From positions 1-53,785 of IMG/VR virus record IMGVR_UViG_3300025646_005002: a DNA stretch of 53,785 bases. One strand, written 5' to 3'. The position numbers were made by a program, and so were the translations under genes. Source of the DNA: a virus (Duplodnaviria; Caudoviricetes). How positions within the stretch are numbered: the stretch's first letter is position 1; each line of letters begins with the position of its first letter. Below the pieces are notes generated by a model. It ran no database searches, had not been told where the DNA came from, and worked only from the letters and a program-made list of their open reading frames with translations. Positions 45,941 through 53,785 of the stretch are shown piece by piece.

Positions 45941-47947
45941 ATGTATAAAATTTTAAGAGTTGTTTGGGATAATTCTTCTCGCTATTCTAATATTAGTGAT
46001 GACCTAAGACATAAAATGCTAACAGCAACAAAAGTTTCTATTGGACAATTTTGTGACGAATGGGAAGTTGATAATATAAAAATTATTTCTGATCCAGAAT
46101 GGTTTTTTATTACAAGCGATTTAAATGATATCATTAAAAAATTTAACAAACTTGATTATACACATGTTATAGTTTTTTCAATTGGATTAGTTTTAGAAGA
46201 TACACGAAACTTTATTGAAGGTTTAAGAAAACCTCTAGAAGAAAATTCAAAAGTTGTAGGACATATATTACATCATGGAATTAAAAATAATACAAATTTT
46301 TTTACTTTACATGATCAAACTTTATTACTATCAAAAGAAGCAGTTAATAGTTTAGAAAAAGATAATTTTGTTTTTAATAATTCTATAAAATATCAAACAG
46401 ATAATTGGATAACTATTGCAAGAACAGAAGAAAATTTCCATGACAACTATACACCTTTACAAATATGGAAAGATGAATCTAATCAAATAATTCCAATAAA
46501 AAAGAACAGTGATGATGGATTTGGTGAAGACCTAATACAGTATTCTATAAAAAACAATTGGAAAGTTGAAAATTTTAATACTATGGTTCGAGGAGCCAAA
46601 AGATATTCTTATTATTATGAAAACCCTCAAGGCTTTGAATATTATTTAAACCAACCGTTAGATGTAGTAATCAAAGACAAACAAAAAATGTTGTTAAGTC
46701 ATTTTGAATTTTTGGCAGAAATGAAACGTTATCAAAAAATTGGAGATCATAGTAAATGGTATGCCTATAACAATGAAAAAATTTTTACTGGTATGCCTAA
46801 AAAAACATATGACACTTTTATAGGACCAGCATCAGGATTTTTACCATGGTTATATCTTGTACATTATAATTTCAAAGATAATAGTACAGTGTTGTTAACA
46901 GACATAAATGATATAGCATTAGATTTCCAACGTTGGTTTTTAGAAAATTATGATCCAACACAAAACGCTACTTGGCAAGACTGGATTGAAAGTTATGAAA
47001 AAGTTAATATAAAAATTGAAAAATCATGGAGCGAAAGATTTAAAAGTAAAAATAATGATATATGGAAAGAATTTAAACCTTTTATTGATAGTAAATGGAA
47101 TCAGATAAAAAAATATAATTTTACTTTTAAATGTACATCTATGATAAGTTATGAAACTGAAAATTTAATAGATGAATTTTTAAAAAAATCAAAAGACCCA
47201 ATGGTATGGTTAAGTAATATTTTTACATTTGACGGAGTTTATTTTAATAATAATAAACCATTTGAAGTTTTTTTAGCAGATATGTTTTCAAGTAATCCAC
47301 ATGTGATTTGGGCAGGATTTTCACCATATGGAGTATCTCGTCCAAGTCTTGGACCTAACTCACATAAAGAATCAAATGATTTATATTGCGAAGAAATAAT
47401 GTTACCAAAGTTTGATATTAATGAATTTTTAAAAGAAATAGAAAATTTAGAAAAACACGATTTATTTGTTAAGCATAGAAGTGATAAACATCCTGGATGG
47501 AGTAGTTTTGTATTACATGGTATTGATTGGGATAAAACCAACGACTACGGAGACTATGGTTATGCTAGTAATGAGGAAACACCATACAAATTTGTTGATT
47601 ATGCAAAGCAACATATTCCTACAATAGTTAAATATTTTCAAAATAATCAAATAAACAATTTTAAAAAATATCATAGAATAAGAATTATGAAATTAGCCCC
47701 AGGAGGATATATTTCTTTACATAATGATACTCCAGATGGCAAATATCATACAAATGGCTGGAATTTAAATATGGCAATTAATAATCCAGAAAATTGCGAA
47801 ATGCACTTTTGGAATGACAAATATCTTTATTTAGGCCAAGTTCCTTGGCAACCAGGAAAAGCATTTAAAATTAGGACAGGGTACAATCATTTAGTTAGAA
47901 ACCTAAGCAATGAAAATAGATATCATATTATTGTTCATGGTGAATAA
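45941..47947 (+). CDS. Large AT-rich protein with C-terminal Asp/Asn beta-hydroxylase-like 2OG-Fe(II) domain
   Basis: RIRIMKLAPGGYISLHND...HLVRNLSNENRYHIIVH; the N-terminal region is unassigned. Confidence 0.7.
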   Translation: MYKILRVVWDNSSRYSNISDDLRHKMLTATKVSIGQFCDEWEVDNIKIISDPEWFFITSDLNDIIKKFNKLDYTHVIVFSIGLVLEDTRNFIEGLRKPLEENSKVVGHILHHGIKNNTNFFTLHDQTLLLSKEAVNSLEKDNFVFNNSIKYQTDNWITIARTEENFHDNYTPLQIWKDESNQIIPIKKNSDDGFGEDLIQYSIKNNWKVENFNTMVRGAKRYSYYYENPQGFEYYLNQPLDVVIKDKQKMLLSHFEFLAEMKRYQKIGDHSKWYAYNNEKIFTGMPKKTYDTFIGPASGFLPWLYLVHYNFKDNSTVLLTDINDIALDFQRWFLENYDPTQNATWQDWIESYEKVNIKIEKSWSERFKSKNNDIWKEFKPFIDSKWNQIKKYNFTFKCTSMISYETENLIDEFLKKSKDPMVWLSNIFTFDGVYFNNNKPFEVFLADMFSSNPHVIWAGFSPYGVSRPSLGPNSHKESNDLYCEEIMLPKFDINEFLKEIENLEKHDLFVKHRSDKHPGWSSFVLHGIDWDKTNDYGDYGYASNEETPYKFVDYAKQHIPTIVKYFQNNQINNFKKYHRIRIMKLAPGGYISLHNDTPDGKYHTNGWNLNMAINNPENCEMHFWNDKYLYLGQVPWQPGKAFKIRTGYNHLVRNLSNENRYHIIVHGE

Positions 47948-47952
47948 AATAG

Positions 47953-47982
47953 TTGACAACTTGCCTAAATAAATGTTATATT
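47953..47982 (+). promoter_or_regulatory. Sigma70-type promoter
   Basis: TTGACA-N18-TATATT with extended TG; GGAGG RBS downstream. Confidence 0.6.
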
Positions 47983-48014
47983 AATAAAAATAATAAACGT
48001 CGGAGGTAACAAAA

Positions 48015-48758
48015 ATGTTAAGAGATGTATTACTAGACATTGTAAAACACACTCATTCACTGGGATTTATTCAAGCAGTAAAACTTGAAAGCACAGATGA
48101 TAGCACAGTTGTTGAAGCAATGGATGATGATAGAACAGTGGTTCTAAAAGGCAAACTAAAAAATAAACTAGACAACGTTCCAGGTTTAATTGGAATGGGT
48201 AGACTTGGTGTATTATCAGGGTATCTAAACTATGAAGCATATGGCAAAGATGGTGCAAACATTGAAGTTGTAACCAACACAAGAGATGGTGTTGAAACAG
48301 CAGAAGAATTAAAGTTTACATCACCAGGTGGTTATAGTGCAAACTATAGATTTATGGTTAGTTCTTTGATTGAAGAACAATTAAAAACAATCAAGTTCAA
48401 AGGTGTTGAATGGGATATCACAGTACAACCAACACAGCAAAATATCAAAGACTTGACTTACTTTAACGGTATTATGGGTGGCTTTGAGCCAACATTTGTT
48501 GCAAAAACAGATGGCGATACATTAAAGTTTTATATTGGCGATGGTGCAAATGACAGAGTTGAAATTCCATTTGCTCAAAACGTGCAAGGCAAACTAACCA
48601 AAGGTTGGGCATGGCCACTAGCACAGGTATTGAGTATTTTGAAATTAAGCGATACTTCACAAGCAAGTATGTCATTCAGTGATCAAGGTGCTATGCAGAT
48701 TTCAATTGATTCTGGTACAGCAACTTATGATTACATACTTCCTGCAAGGAGCCAGTAG
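48015..48758 (+). CDS. Probable DNA sliding clamp (gp45/PCNA-like)
   Basis: PCNA-like size (247 aa) and two-domain beta pattern ending GAMQISIDSG.ATYDYILPA; near polB, with the clamp loader in the window. Confidence 0.6.
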   Translation: MLRDVLLDIVKHTHSLGFIQAVKLESTDDSTVVEAMDDDRTVVLKGKLKNKLDNVPGLIGMGRLGVLSGYLNYEAYGKDGANIEVVTNTRDGVETAEELKFTSPGGYSANYRFMVSSLIEEQLKTIKFKGVEWDITVQPTQQNIKDLTYFNGIMGGFEPTFVAKTDGDTLKFYIGDGANDRVEIPFAQNVQGKLTKGWAWPLAQVLSILKLSDTSQASMSFSDQGAMQISIDSGTATYDYILPARSQ

Positions 48759-50284
48759 TGACTAAACCATACGGTGAAGATCTAACAGCCAGCCACAAAG
48801 ACTATGCAGTGTTTTTACCTGCGGTTAGTGGCTTTTATCAGACCTATGTAAGTAAGCAACAGCAGACTATTGGCACTGACAAACAGTTTGTGCCAGATGA
48901 TAGAATCCCAAAAGGATTTGAAAATGGCATTGAAGGATTAAACTACTTCAACAAAGACAAAGGCTACTTCAATTACAAATATGGATTATACTCGGCAGGT
49001 CATGCACACTTAGATGTTGAAAAGTCTATTGTGAATGAATCAATGTTTCACACAAGAGATAAAAAAGAAACAATTGTAGTGGGTGATAGTGGAGGATATC
49101 AAATTGGTAAAGGTGTGCTAAAGTTTGATTGGCAAAACTTCAAAGGACAATCTGCAAACAAAATGCGTGATAAGATTCTGCATTGGTTAGAACTTACAGC
49201 AGATTGGTCAATGGTGTTAGATATTCCTAGTTGGGCTTGTGATGCCACACATAGTCCTAAAACAGGATTAAAATCGTATGGTGATTGTATCGCAGGCACA
49301 GTACACAACAATGAATACTTTTTAAAAAATAGACTTGGACAAACAAAGTTTTTAAATGTGCTCCAAGGCTTTGATGCAGACACAGCCGATGTTTGGTATG
49401 ATGCAGTTAAGCATTTTCCATTTGAAGGTTGGGCTTTTGGCGGAAACAACATGTGTGATATGACTATGGCTCTCCGACGCTTGATCATATTACGTGATTC
49501 TAAATTACTTGATGGTAGGGATTGGATACACTTCCTAGGTACAAGTAAATTAGATTGGGCTTGTTTCTTAACGTCAATTCAAAGACAGGTACGAGAGCAT
49601 ATTAATCCAAACCTAACAATATCGTATGATAGTGCAAGTGCATTTGTGGCAACAGCACATGGTTTGGTATATACTTCACCGGTCCATACTAACAAGCGAT
49701 GGTCATATATTATGGACAAAGCAACTGATAACAAATCTTTGAAACTTTCCACTATACCGTTTCCATGGGAGTCGGAGATTGGTAGAAGAATGGTTATGGG
49801 TGATATTTGTTGGTATGGTCCTGGTGATTTAAACAAGGTTGGTAAAGAAGGTAAAACATCTTGGGATTCATTTGCGTATGCATTGATGATGGGGCATAAT
49901 GTTAATCAGCATATTAAGATTGTGCAAAAAGCCAATCAAATTATGGATATTGAATCAGCGATTCACAAACCAGATTATAGACATTGGCGTAAAGCAAGAC
50001 AAAAAGACACAGTAGCAGAATACAGTGAATGGTGTCCAAGAAACATACTTTACTTTAATACATTTATTGAAGACTTCTTTAAATCAGAAACACCAATGCA
50101 GATGTTAGTAGACAACCAAGCATTTTTAGATGATATTAAAGGTGTACGTTGGACTGGTAATTCTGGTAATGTGTTTAACAGTTTGTTTGATGTAGAAACT
50201 AAAAGTTCAATGGGTGATGAAAGTTTAGGCGATCCTAATGATGAAAAACTAGAACAACTAGAGAAAGTTTTAGAAACTGCATGA
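48758..50284 (+). CDS. dpdA: TGT-fold transglycosylase, DpdA-like
   Basis: GTG start; GDSGGYQ, MVLDIP, NVLQG, GWAFGG, IHFLG, SYDSAS follow the TGT/DpdA motif order; folE and queE are in the window. Confidence 0.75.
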   Translation: MTKPYGEDLTASHKDYAVFLPAVSGFYQTYVSKQQQTIGTDKQFVPDDRIPKGFENGIEGLNYFNKDKGYFNYKYGLYSAGHAHLDVEKSIVNESMFHTRDKKETIVVGDSGGYQIGKGVLKFDWQNFKGQSANKMRDKILHWLELTADWSMVLDIPSWACDATHSPKTGLKSYGDCIAGTVHNNEYFLKNRLGQTKFLNVLQGFDADTADVWYDAVKHFPFEGWAFGGNNMCDMTMALRRLIILRDSKLLDGRDWIHFLGTSKLDWACFLTSIQRQVREHINPNLTISYDSASAFVATAHGLVYTSPVHTNKRWSYIMDKATDNKSLKLSTIPFPWESEIGRRMVMGDICWYGPGDLNKVGKEGKTSWDSFAYALMMGHNVNQHIKIVQKANQIMDIESAIHKPDYRHWRKARQKDTVAEYSEWCPRNILYFNTFIEDFFKSETPMQMLVDNQAFLDDIKGVRWTGNSGNVFNSLFDVETKSSMGDESLGDPNDEKLEQLEKVLETA

Positions 50285-50502
50285 ACGAAGACCATATGGC
50301 GGCAAGATACACAGCAGAGTATATGGCAAATGAATACAGAAACGATGCCGCAAATCTAAAATACAAGTATAATCAATTAAAAAAAACAGTTAAAAAATTG
50401 ATTCAAGCAATTCCACAAGATAGGATTTTATGGCAACAGGATGTAAAAGATCTAGTTGACGAAGTAGAAAAACAAATGGAGAAACACGATGTCAGAGATT
50501 AA
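50281..50502 (+). CDS. Hypothetical protein
   Basis: ATGA overlap. Confidence 0.6.
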   Translation: MNEDHMAARYTAEYMANEYRNDAANLKYKYNQLKKTVKKLIQAIPQDRILWQQDVKDLVDEVEKQMEKHDVRD

Positions 50503-50890
50503 TTTAAAAGAGTATTCACAATTTGTAGATAAAGTTACCAGTAGTGAATCAAAAGATAAACAAGCATTTCAGCAGAGATTAGATTCTTTATCTGCTGATG
50601 ATGTTCCAAGATTACTAACAGCGGCACTTGGCCTATCTGCAGAATCTGGTGAATTTACAGAAATTGTTAAAAAATTAGTGTTTCAAGGAAAAGCTCTTAC
50701 AGATGAAACACGAACTCATATGGTTAAAGAACTAGGTGATGTAATTTGGTATTGGATTCAAGGGTGTATGGCATTAGGCATTGATCCTAATGAAGTGATT
50801 AATAAAAATAAAGAAAAACTATTGGCCAGATATCCAGATGGCGAATTTAATGTTGATCAAAGTGAAAACAGAAAAGAAGGCGATATATAG
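50489..50890 (+). CDS. mazG: MazG-like nucleotide pyrophosphohydrolase
   Basis: LGLSAESGEFTEIVKK, KELGDVIWY, NKEKLLARYP. Confidence 0.9.
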   Translation: MSEINLKEYSQFVDKVTSSESKDKQAFQQRLDSLSADDVPRLLTAALGLSAESGEFTEIVKKLVFQGKALTDETRTHMVKELGDVIWYWIQGCMALGIDPNEVINKNKEKLLARYPDGEFNVDQSENRKEGDI

Positions 50891-50925
50891 ATTGACAAAA
50901 TTTATATGTGTGTTACTATTAACTA

Positions 50926-51462
50926 ATGAAAAGAGAATACACTAATAATCTTGTAAAAGATGATATTACTGATTTTATTGGCAAAGAAGTAGAACGAACA
51001 CCTTGTTATGGAATGAAAACATACTTTGTTGTGGGTGTTCCTAAACAACATCCTGTTGAACTTATTAACTTTATGTTAAAGCATGATATAGAACAGGTTT
51101 ATTTTGGTGCTAATCATTCTTTTAAAAATTGGAAAGACAAATGGACTGATCCAATGGTTAATTGTATTAAAGAATGTTTGAATGCAAAATTTCACGTTAC
51201 AATTGATGTTGATCCTGTAACAGTTCCAGAACAAATAAAACAATTTTTATCAAATTCAAGATTTAGTATAACCTACGCAATTGTAATTCCAAACATTGAC
51301 AAAATCAAAGGCACAGTTAATATCAAATTAGATGATGAAGATTTTGAAGCAACTAATTCAGGTGTTTGGTCAACAACAATAGAAGCACTTAAAGTTCCAA
51401 ATAACTACACAGGATGGGACGCTTATAAACAGGATGAACCTGTGATTAACAAGGAGGCATAA
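50926..51462 (+). CDS. Hypothetical phage protein
   Basis: VYFGANHSF, KLDDEDFEATNSGVW; promoter TTGACA(50892)-N16-TACTAT. Confidence 0.75.
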   Translation: MKREYTNNLVKDDITDFIGKEVERTPCYGMKTYFVVGVPKQHPVELINFMLKHDIEQVYFGANHSFKNWKDKWTDPMVNCIKECLNAKFHVTIDVDPVTVPEQIKQFLSNSRFSITYAIVIPNIDKIKGTVNIKLDDEDFEATNSGVWSTTIEALKVPNNYTGWDAYKQDEPVINKEA

Positions 51463-52151
51463 TGGCTAAACCAACAATAGCACAGCAAAAGAAACTAATT
51501 AAAACACTTAAAACACCAGAACGTTATTTTACAGTTAACTTTGGTAGGTACGGTGGCGAAGTAGCCATGGGAGAAATTACCAAAGAACAATATGATTATT
51601 GGGAAGGCAAAGACGATGAATTTGCTAAACATTTACAAAATGCAGAGTGGGGTGAAGAAACAGATGATGGAACACCACCTGAAGCACGTTTTGATAAACC
51701 TTTTTATGAGTATGAAGATATTTGTCATTTGTCAGGTCCTGAGTTTGCAGACAGTCAGTATGTGTCAATTGAAGAAGTAGACAAGAACGGTAATGCACTT
51801 AAAGATGACCAAGGTAATTTTCTAGAAGAACAAACAGTAGAAATGCAAGACTTTGAAAGTCTTGGTGCTAAGATTACCTGTGAAGCAGAACACACACCAG
51901 ATTCAGAATCATGCAAGAACAAATACTACTTCTTTGGACAGTATTTCAACAAAGGTGGTTGGTACACAGATGAAATTATTAAAACAGGACCTGATGGTTT
52001 TGATTTTAAGAAATTAGAAATCAACTATCAAGACTGCGATGGATTTAAAGTTTTTAATGAATTTACCTATGATGGTAACAGTTATTACTTGCAAGAAGAC
52101 TCTACAGGTAAAAGTAGTTCTTTTTATGTAATGGAAGGTGACGAAGTTTAA
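51462..52151 (+). CDS. Acidic hypothetical protein
   Basis: TAATG overlap; AAGGAGG RBS. Confidence 0.75.
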   Translation: MAKPTIAQQKKLIKTLKTPERYFTVNFGRYGGEVAMGEITKEQYDYWEGKDDEFAKHLQNAEWGEETDDGTPPEARFDKPFYEYEDICHLSGPEFADSQYVSIEEVDKNGNALKDDQGNFLEEQTVEMQDFESLGAKITCEAEHTPDSESCKNKYYFFGQYFNKGGWYTDEIIKTGPDGFDFKKLEINYQDCDGFKVFNEFTYDGNSYYLQEDSTGKSSSFYVMEGDEV

Positions 52152-52164
52152 ACTAGGAGGAAAT

Positions 52165-52353
52165 ATGGTAACTGCTAATGAACTAAGACAGCAACACAAA
52201 CAACTAAAGAAAAAAGTAGACGAAGCAGAAAGCACAAGGCAACACGTAAGAGATTGGCGAACCAAAGAAGAATTAGTCAATTTAAAAAAGGAAAAATTGC
52301 TAATGAAAGACAAACTAAACCATACAAAAACCAAAGGGGAGTCAGAAGAATGA
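52165..52353 (+). CDS. DUF465/YdcH-like coiled-coil protein
   Basis: L...H..L...V......LKKEKLLMKDKL; AGGAGG RBS. Confidence 0.65.
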   Translation: MVTANELRQQHKQLKKKVDEAESTRQHVRDWRTKEELVNLKKEKLLMKDKLNHTKTKGESEE

Positions 52354-52793
52354 AAAAACTAATATGGGTAACATTTAGAAAAGAAGGAATTCACAAATAT
52401 CCTGCGGCGCTGGATGATCCAAATTTGGCAACGGGCGACGAGTATGATGTAAGTTTTTTAGGTTATCCACACAGACACATCTTTCATTTTAAAGTGGCAA
52501 TTGAAGTTTTTCATGATGACAGAGATATTGAATTTATACAGTTCAAACGTTGGTTAGAAAAATTATACAATGAAGGTACACTGCAACTTGATTACAAATC
52601 ATGTGAAATGATAGCAGATGACATGTACAAAGAAATCAAACAAAAATATCCAAAACGTGATGTAAGAATAGAAGTAAGTGAAGATGGTGAAAATGGTTGT
52701 GAAATCTATTATCCAAAAAGTGAAAGCACAAAAACTGATTACAAAACCTATGGTGAAATGGTAGAAGGTGAAGACAATCATGCAACTCACTGA
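52350..52793 (+). CDS. QueD-like T-fold enzyme (DpdL-like)
   Basis: EGIH, LGYPHRHIF, IEFIQFKRWL, SCEMIA, IEVSED parallel the QueD motifs, but with HRH instead of CxxxHGH. Confidence 0.7.
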   Translation: MKKLIWVTFRKEGIHKYPAALDDPNLATGDEYDVSFLGYPHRHIFHFKVAIEVFHDDRDIEFIQFKRWLEKLYNEGTLQLDYKSCEMIADDMYKEIKQKYPKRDVRIEVSEDGENGCEIYYPKSESTKTDYKTYGEMVEGEDNHATH

Positions 52794-53232
52794 AAATTTT
52801 ACACTTGCAGAACTTTGCAAAAGTCAAACTGCTCTAAGAAAAGGCATTGACAATTTGCCAAAAGATCCAGATACAGTTACCAAAATGCAGACACTTGCAG
52901 AAAAGGTACTACAACCTGTTAGAGATAAATTTGGACCTACAGTGATTAATTCAGGTTATAGATGTAAAAAACTAAACACTGCTATAGGCGGTTCTAAAAC
53001 TTCACAACACTGTTTTGGTGAAGCGGCAGATATTGAAATACCCACTGTTAGTAATAGAGATCTAGCAGAATGGATCAAAAACAATCTAGACTTTGATCAA
53101 CTCATTCTTGAGTTTTATAACGGTAAAGATCCAAACAGTGGTTGGGTGCATGTATCTTACAAATCACCAGAAGATAATCGCAAACAAGTGCTTACTATTA
53201 ATAAACAAGGTACTTTTCAAGGTTTAATTTAA
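52780..53232 (+). CDS. Peptidase M15A (D-Ala-D-Ala carboxypeptidase-like; endolysin candidate)
   Basis: NFTLAEL, INSGYRC, SQHCFGEAADI, WVHVSY. Confidence 0.9.
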   Translation: MQLTENFTLAELCKSQTALRKGIDNLPKDPDTVTKMQTLAEKVLQPVRDKFGPTVINSGYRCKKLNTAIGGSKTSQHCFGEAADIEIPTVSNRDLAEWIKNNLDFDQLILEFYNGKDPNSGWVHVSYKSPEDNRKQVLTINKQGTFQGLI

Positions 53233-53282
53233 CAAAATAATATAGAAATCTATATATAATCACTTAATATAGGCCTCTTTAG

Positions 53283-53290
53283 CATAAATA
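53283..53290 (+). promoter_or_regulatory. T4-late-like promoter
   Basis: CATAAATA followed by a 5' leader stem. Confidence 0.6.
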
Positions 53291-53367
53291 AAAGTGTAAT
53301 GATTACGATATGAACATATGGGTCATGTTGTAGTTTAATAAATTTTATTGTATAGGAGAAACATACA

Positions 53368-53625
53368 ATGGCAGGATTCGGTCCAACTTCAGGTAAAGGT
53401 ACAGCAGGTGCTGGTAACGGTTTAGGTCCAAAAACTTATATCTGTTCAATCGCAACTGGTACTATCACAGTAGAAGCGGCAATTACAGCCTTAACATCAG
53501 GCGATAACCACTTTACAATTGCGGCAGTTGAAGGTACAGGTAACGGCGATCATTTAGCAGTTCAAGGTACAGCAACATTCCCAACAATTGGTGGTGTAAC
53601 ATTAGTTGCAACTTTTAACGACTAA
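53368..53625 (+). CDS. Small G/T/A-rich late protein, possibly virion-associated
   Basis: Own late-like promoter, AGGAG RBS and terminator; composition typical of structural proteins. Confidence 0.7.
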   Translation: MAGFGPTSGKGTAGAGNGLGPKTYICSIATGTITVEAAITALTSGDNHFTIAAVEGTGNGDHLAVQGTATFPTIGGVTLVATFND

Positions 53626-53644
53626 TATTAATTTTTAAATATAC

Positions 53645-53674
53645 AAAAGGGCGGCTTTATGTCGCCCTTTTTTT
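53645..53674 (+). terminator. Rho-independent terminator
   Basis: AAAAGGGCGGC-TTTAT-GTCGCCC followed by a T7 run. Confidence 0.9.
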
Positions 53675-53701
53675 ATGGCTGATTTTTCTCAAAAAATAGT
53701 G

Positions 53702-53709
53702 TATAAATA
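53702..53709 (+). promoter_or_regulatory. T4-late-like promoter
   Basis: TATAAATA 5 nt before the riboswitch P1. Confidence 0.65.
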
Positions 53710-53714
53710 TTGTA

Positions 53715-53760
53715 CGTTCATCCTATCAAGGACGGAAGTAGCATAATGCGAAGGAACGCA
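53715..53760 (+). ncRNA. Glutamine riboswitch (glnA motif)
   Basis: P1 CGTTC/GAACG, P2 TCCT/AGGA, junction CGGAAGTA, P3 GCA/TGC, GAAG; a three-way junction with E-loop as in glnA RNAs. Confidence 0.82.
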
Positions 53761-53785
53761 CCTAACTTTAACCAAAGGAGGGTGA

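Noticed and set aside
534-52827. All minus-strand ORFs and short alternate-frame plus-strand ORFs in the track (e.g. 5708-6202, 16727-17101, 44265-44873, 49099-49488)
   Set aside because: They lie within or across well-supported + strand genes, lack RBS or motifs, and are the expected antisense shadows of biased codon usage.
52848-52862. Third near-copy of the TTGACA-N3-TGTCAA palindrome (TTGACAATTTGCCAA)
   Set aside because: It has one mismatch, lies inside the M15 peptidase coding sequence and has no convincing -10; probably chance.
1-53785. Interpretation as a bacterial chromosome segment
   Set aside because: Despite many host-like genes, the family B polymerase, RFC-like loader, T4-type RNase H, spanin-like pair, TATAAATA promoters, single-strand dense packing and lack of normal operon partners (sufBCD, clpP, groEL) indicate a phage.
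1-53785. CRISPR array, IS element, integrase or long tandem DNA repeats
   Set aside because: None seen; the curlin repeats are degenerate and visible only at protein level.
1-53785. Stop-codon reassignment
   Set aside because: Known proteins are full length in the standard code, and TAA, TGA and TAG all terminate genes at expected positions.

Overview
This 53.8-kb AT-rich window is most likely part of a large lytic dsDNA phage (T4-like or jumbo type) infecting a Gram-negative host. The host is probably an aquatic alphaproteobacterium, judged from its Hfq, PepA and ClpA sequences. All credible genes lie on the + strand and are densely packed, often with overlapping stop and start codons. Two promoter classes are visible: sigma70-type TTGACA-N16/17-TAnnnT and T4-late-like NATAAATA. 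Phage core genes include a family B DNA polymerase, clamp loader, probable sliding clamp, T4-type RNase H, GroES-like co-chaperonin, spanin pair and M15 peptidase. Accessory cargo is unusually rich: a curli (CsgF/CsgG/curlin)-FecR-CHASE2 adenylate cyclase cassette, a TctA/TctC transporter-enzyme cassette behind a riboswitch-like leader, a 7-deazaguanine DNA modification pathway (FolE, QueE, QueD/DpdL-like, DpdA-like), and Fe-S genes. It also carries a proteostasis and translation kit (PepA, DegP, DnaJ, Def, ClpA, IF-1), a degenerate Hfq followed by a structured RNA candidate, two tRNAs and a glutamine (glnA-type) riboswitch. Two genome-wide signals were read directly from the sequence: near-total avoidance of GCWGC and frequent leaderless gene starts. 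All calls come from motif recognition by eye; no database searches were run.
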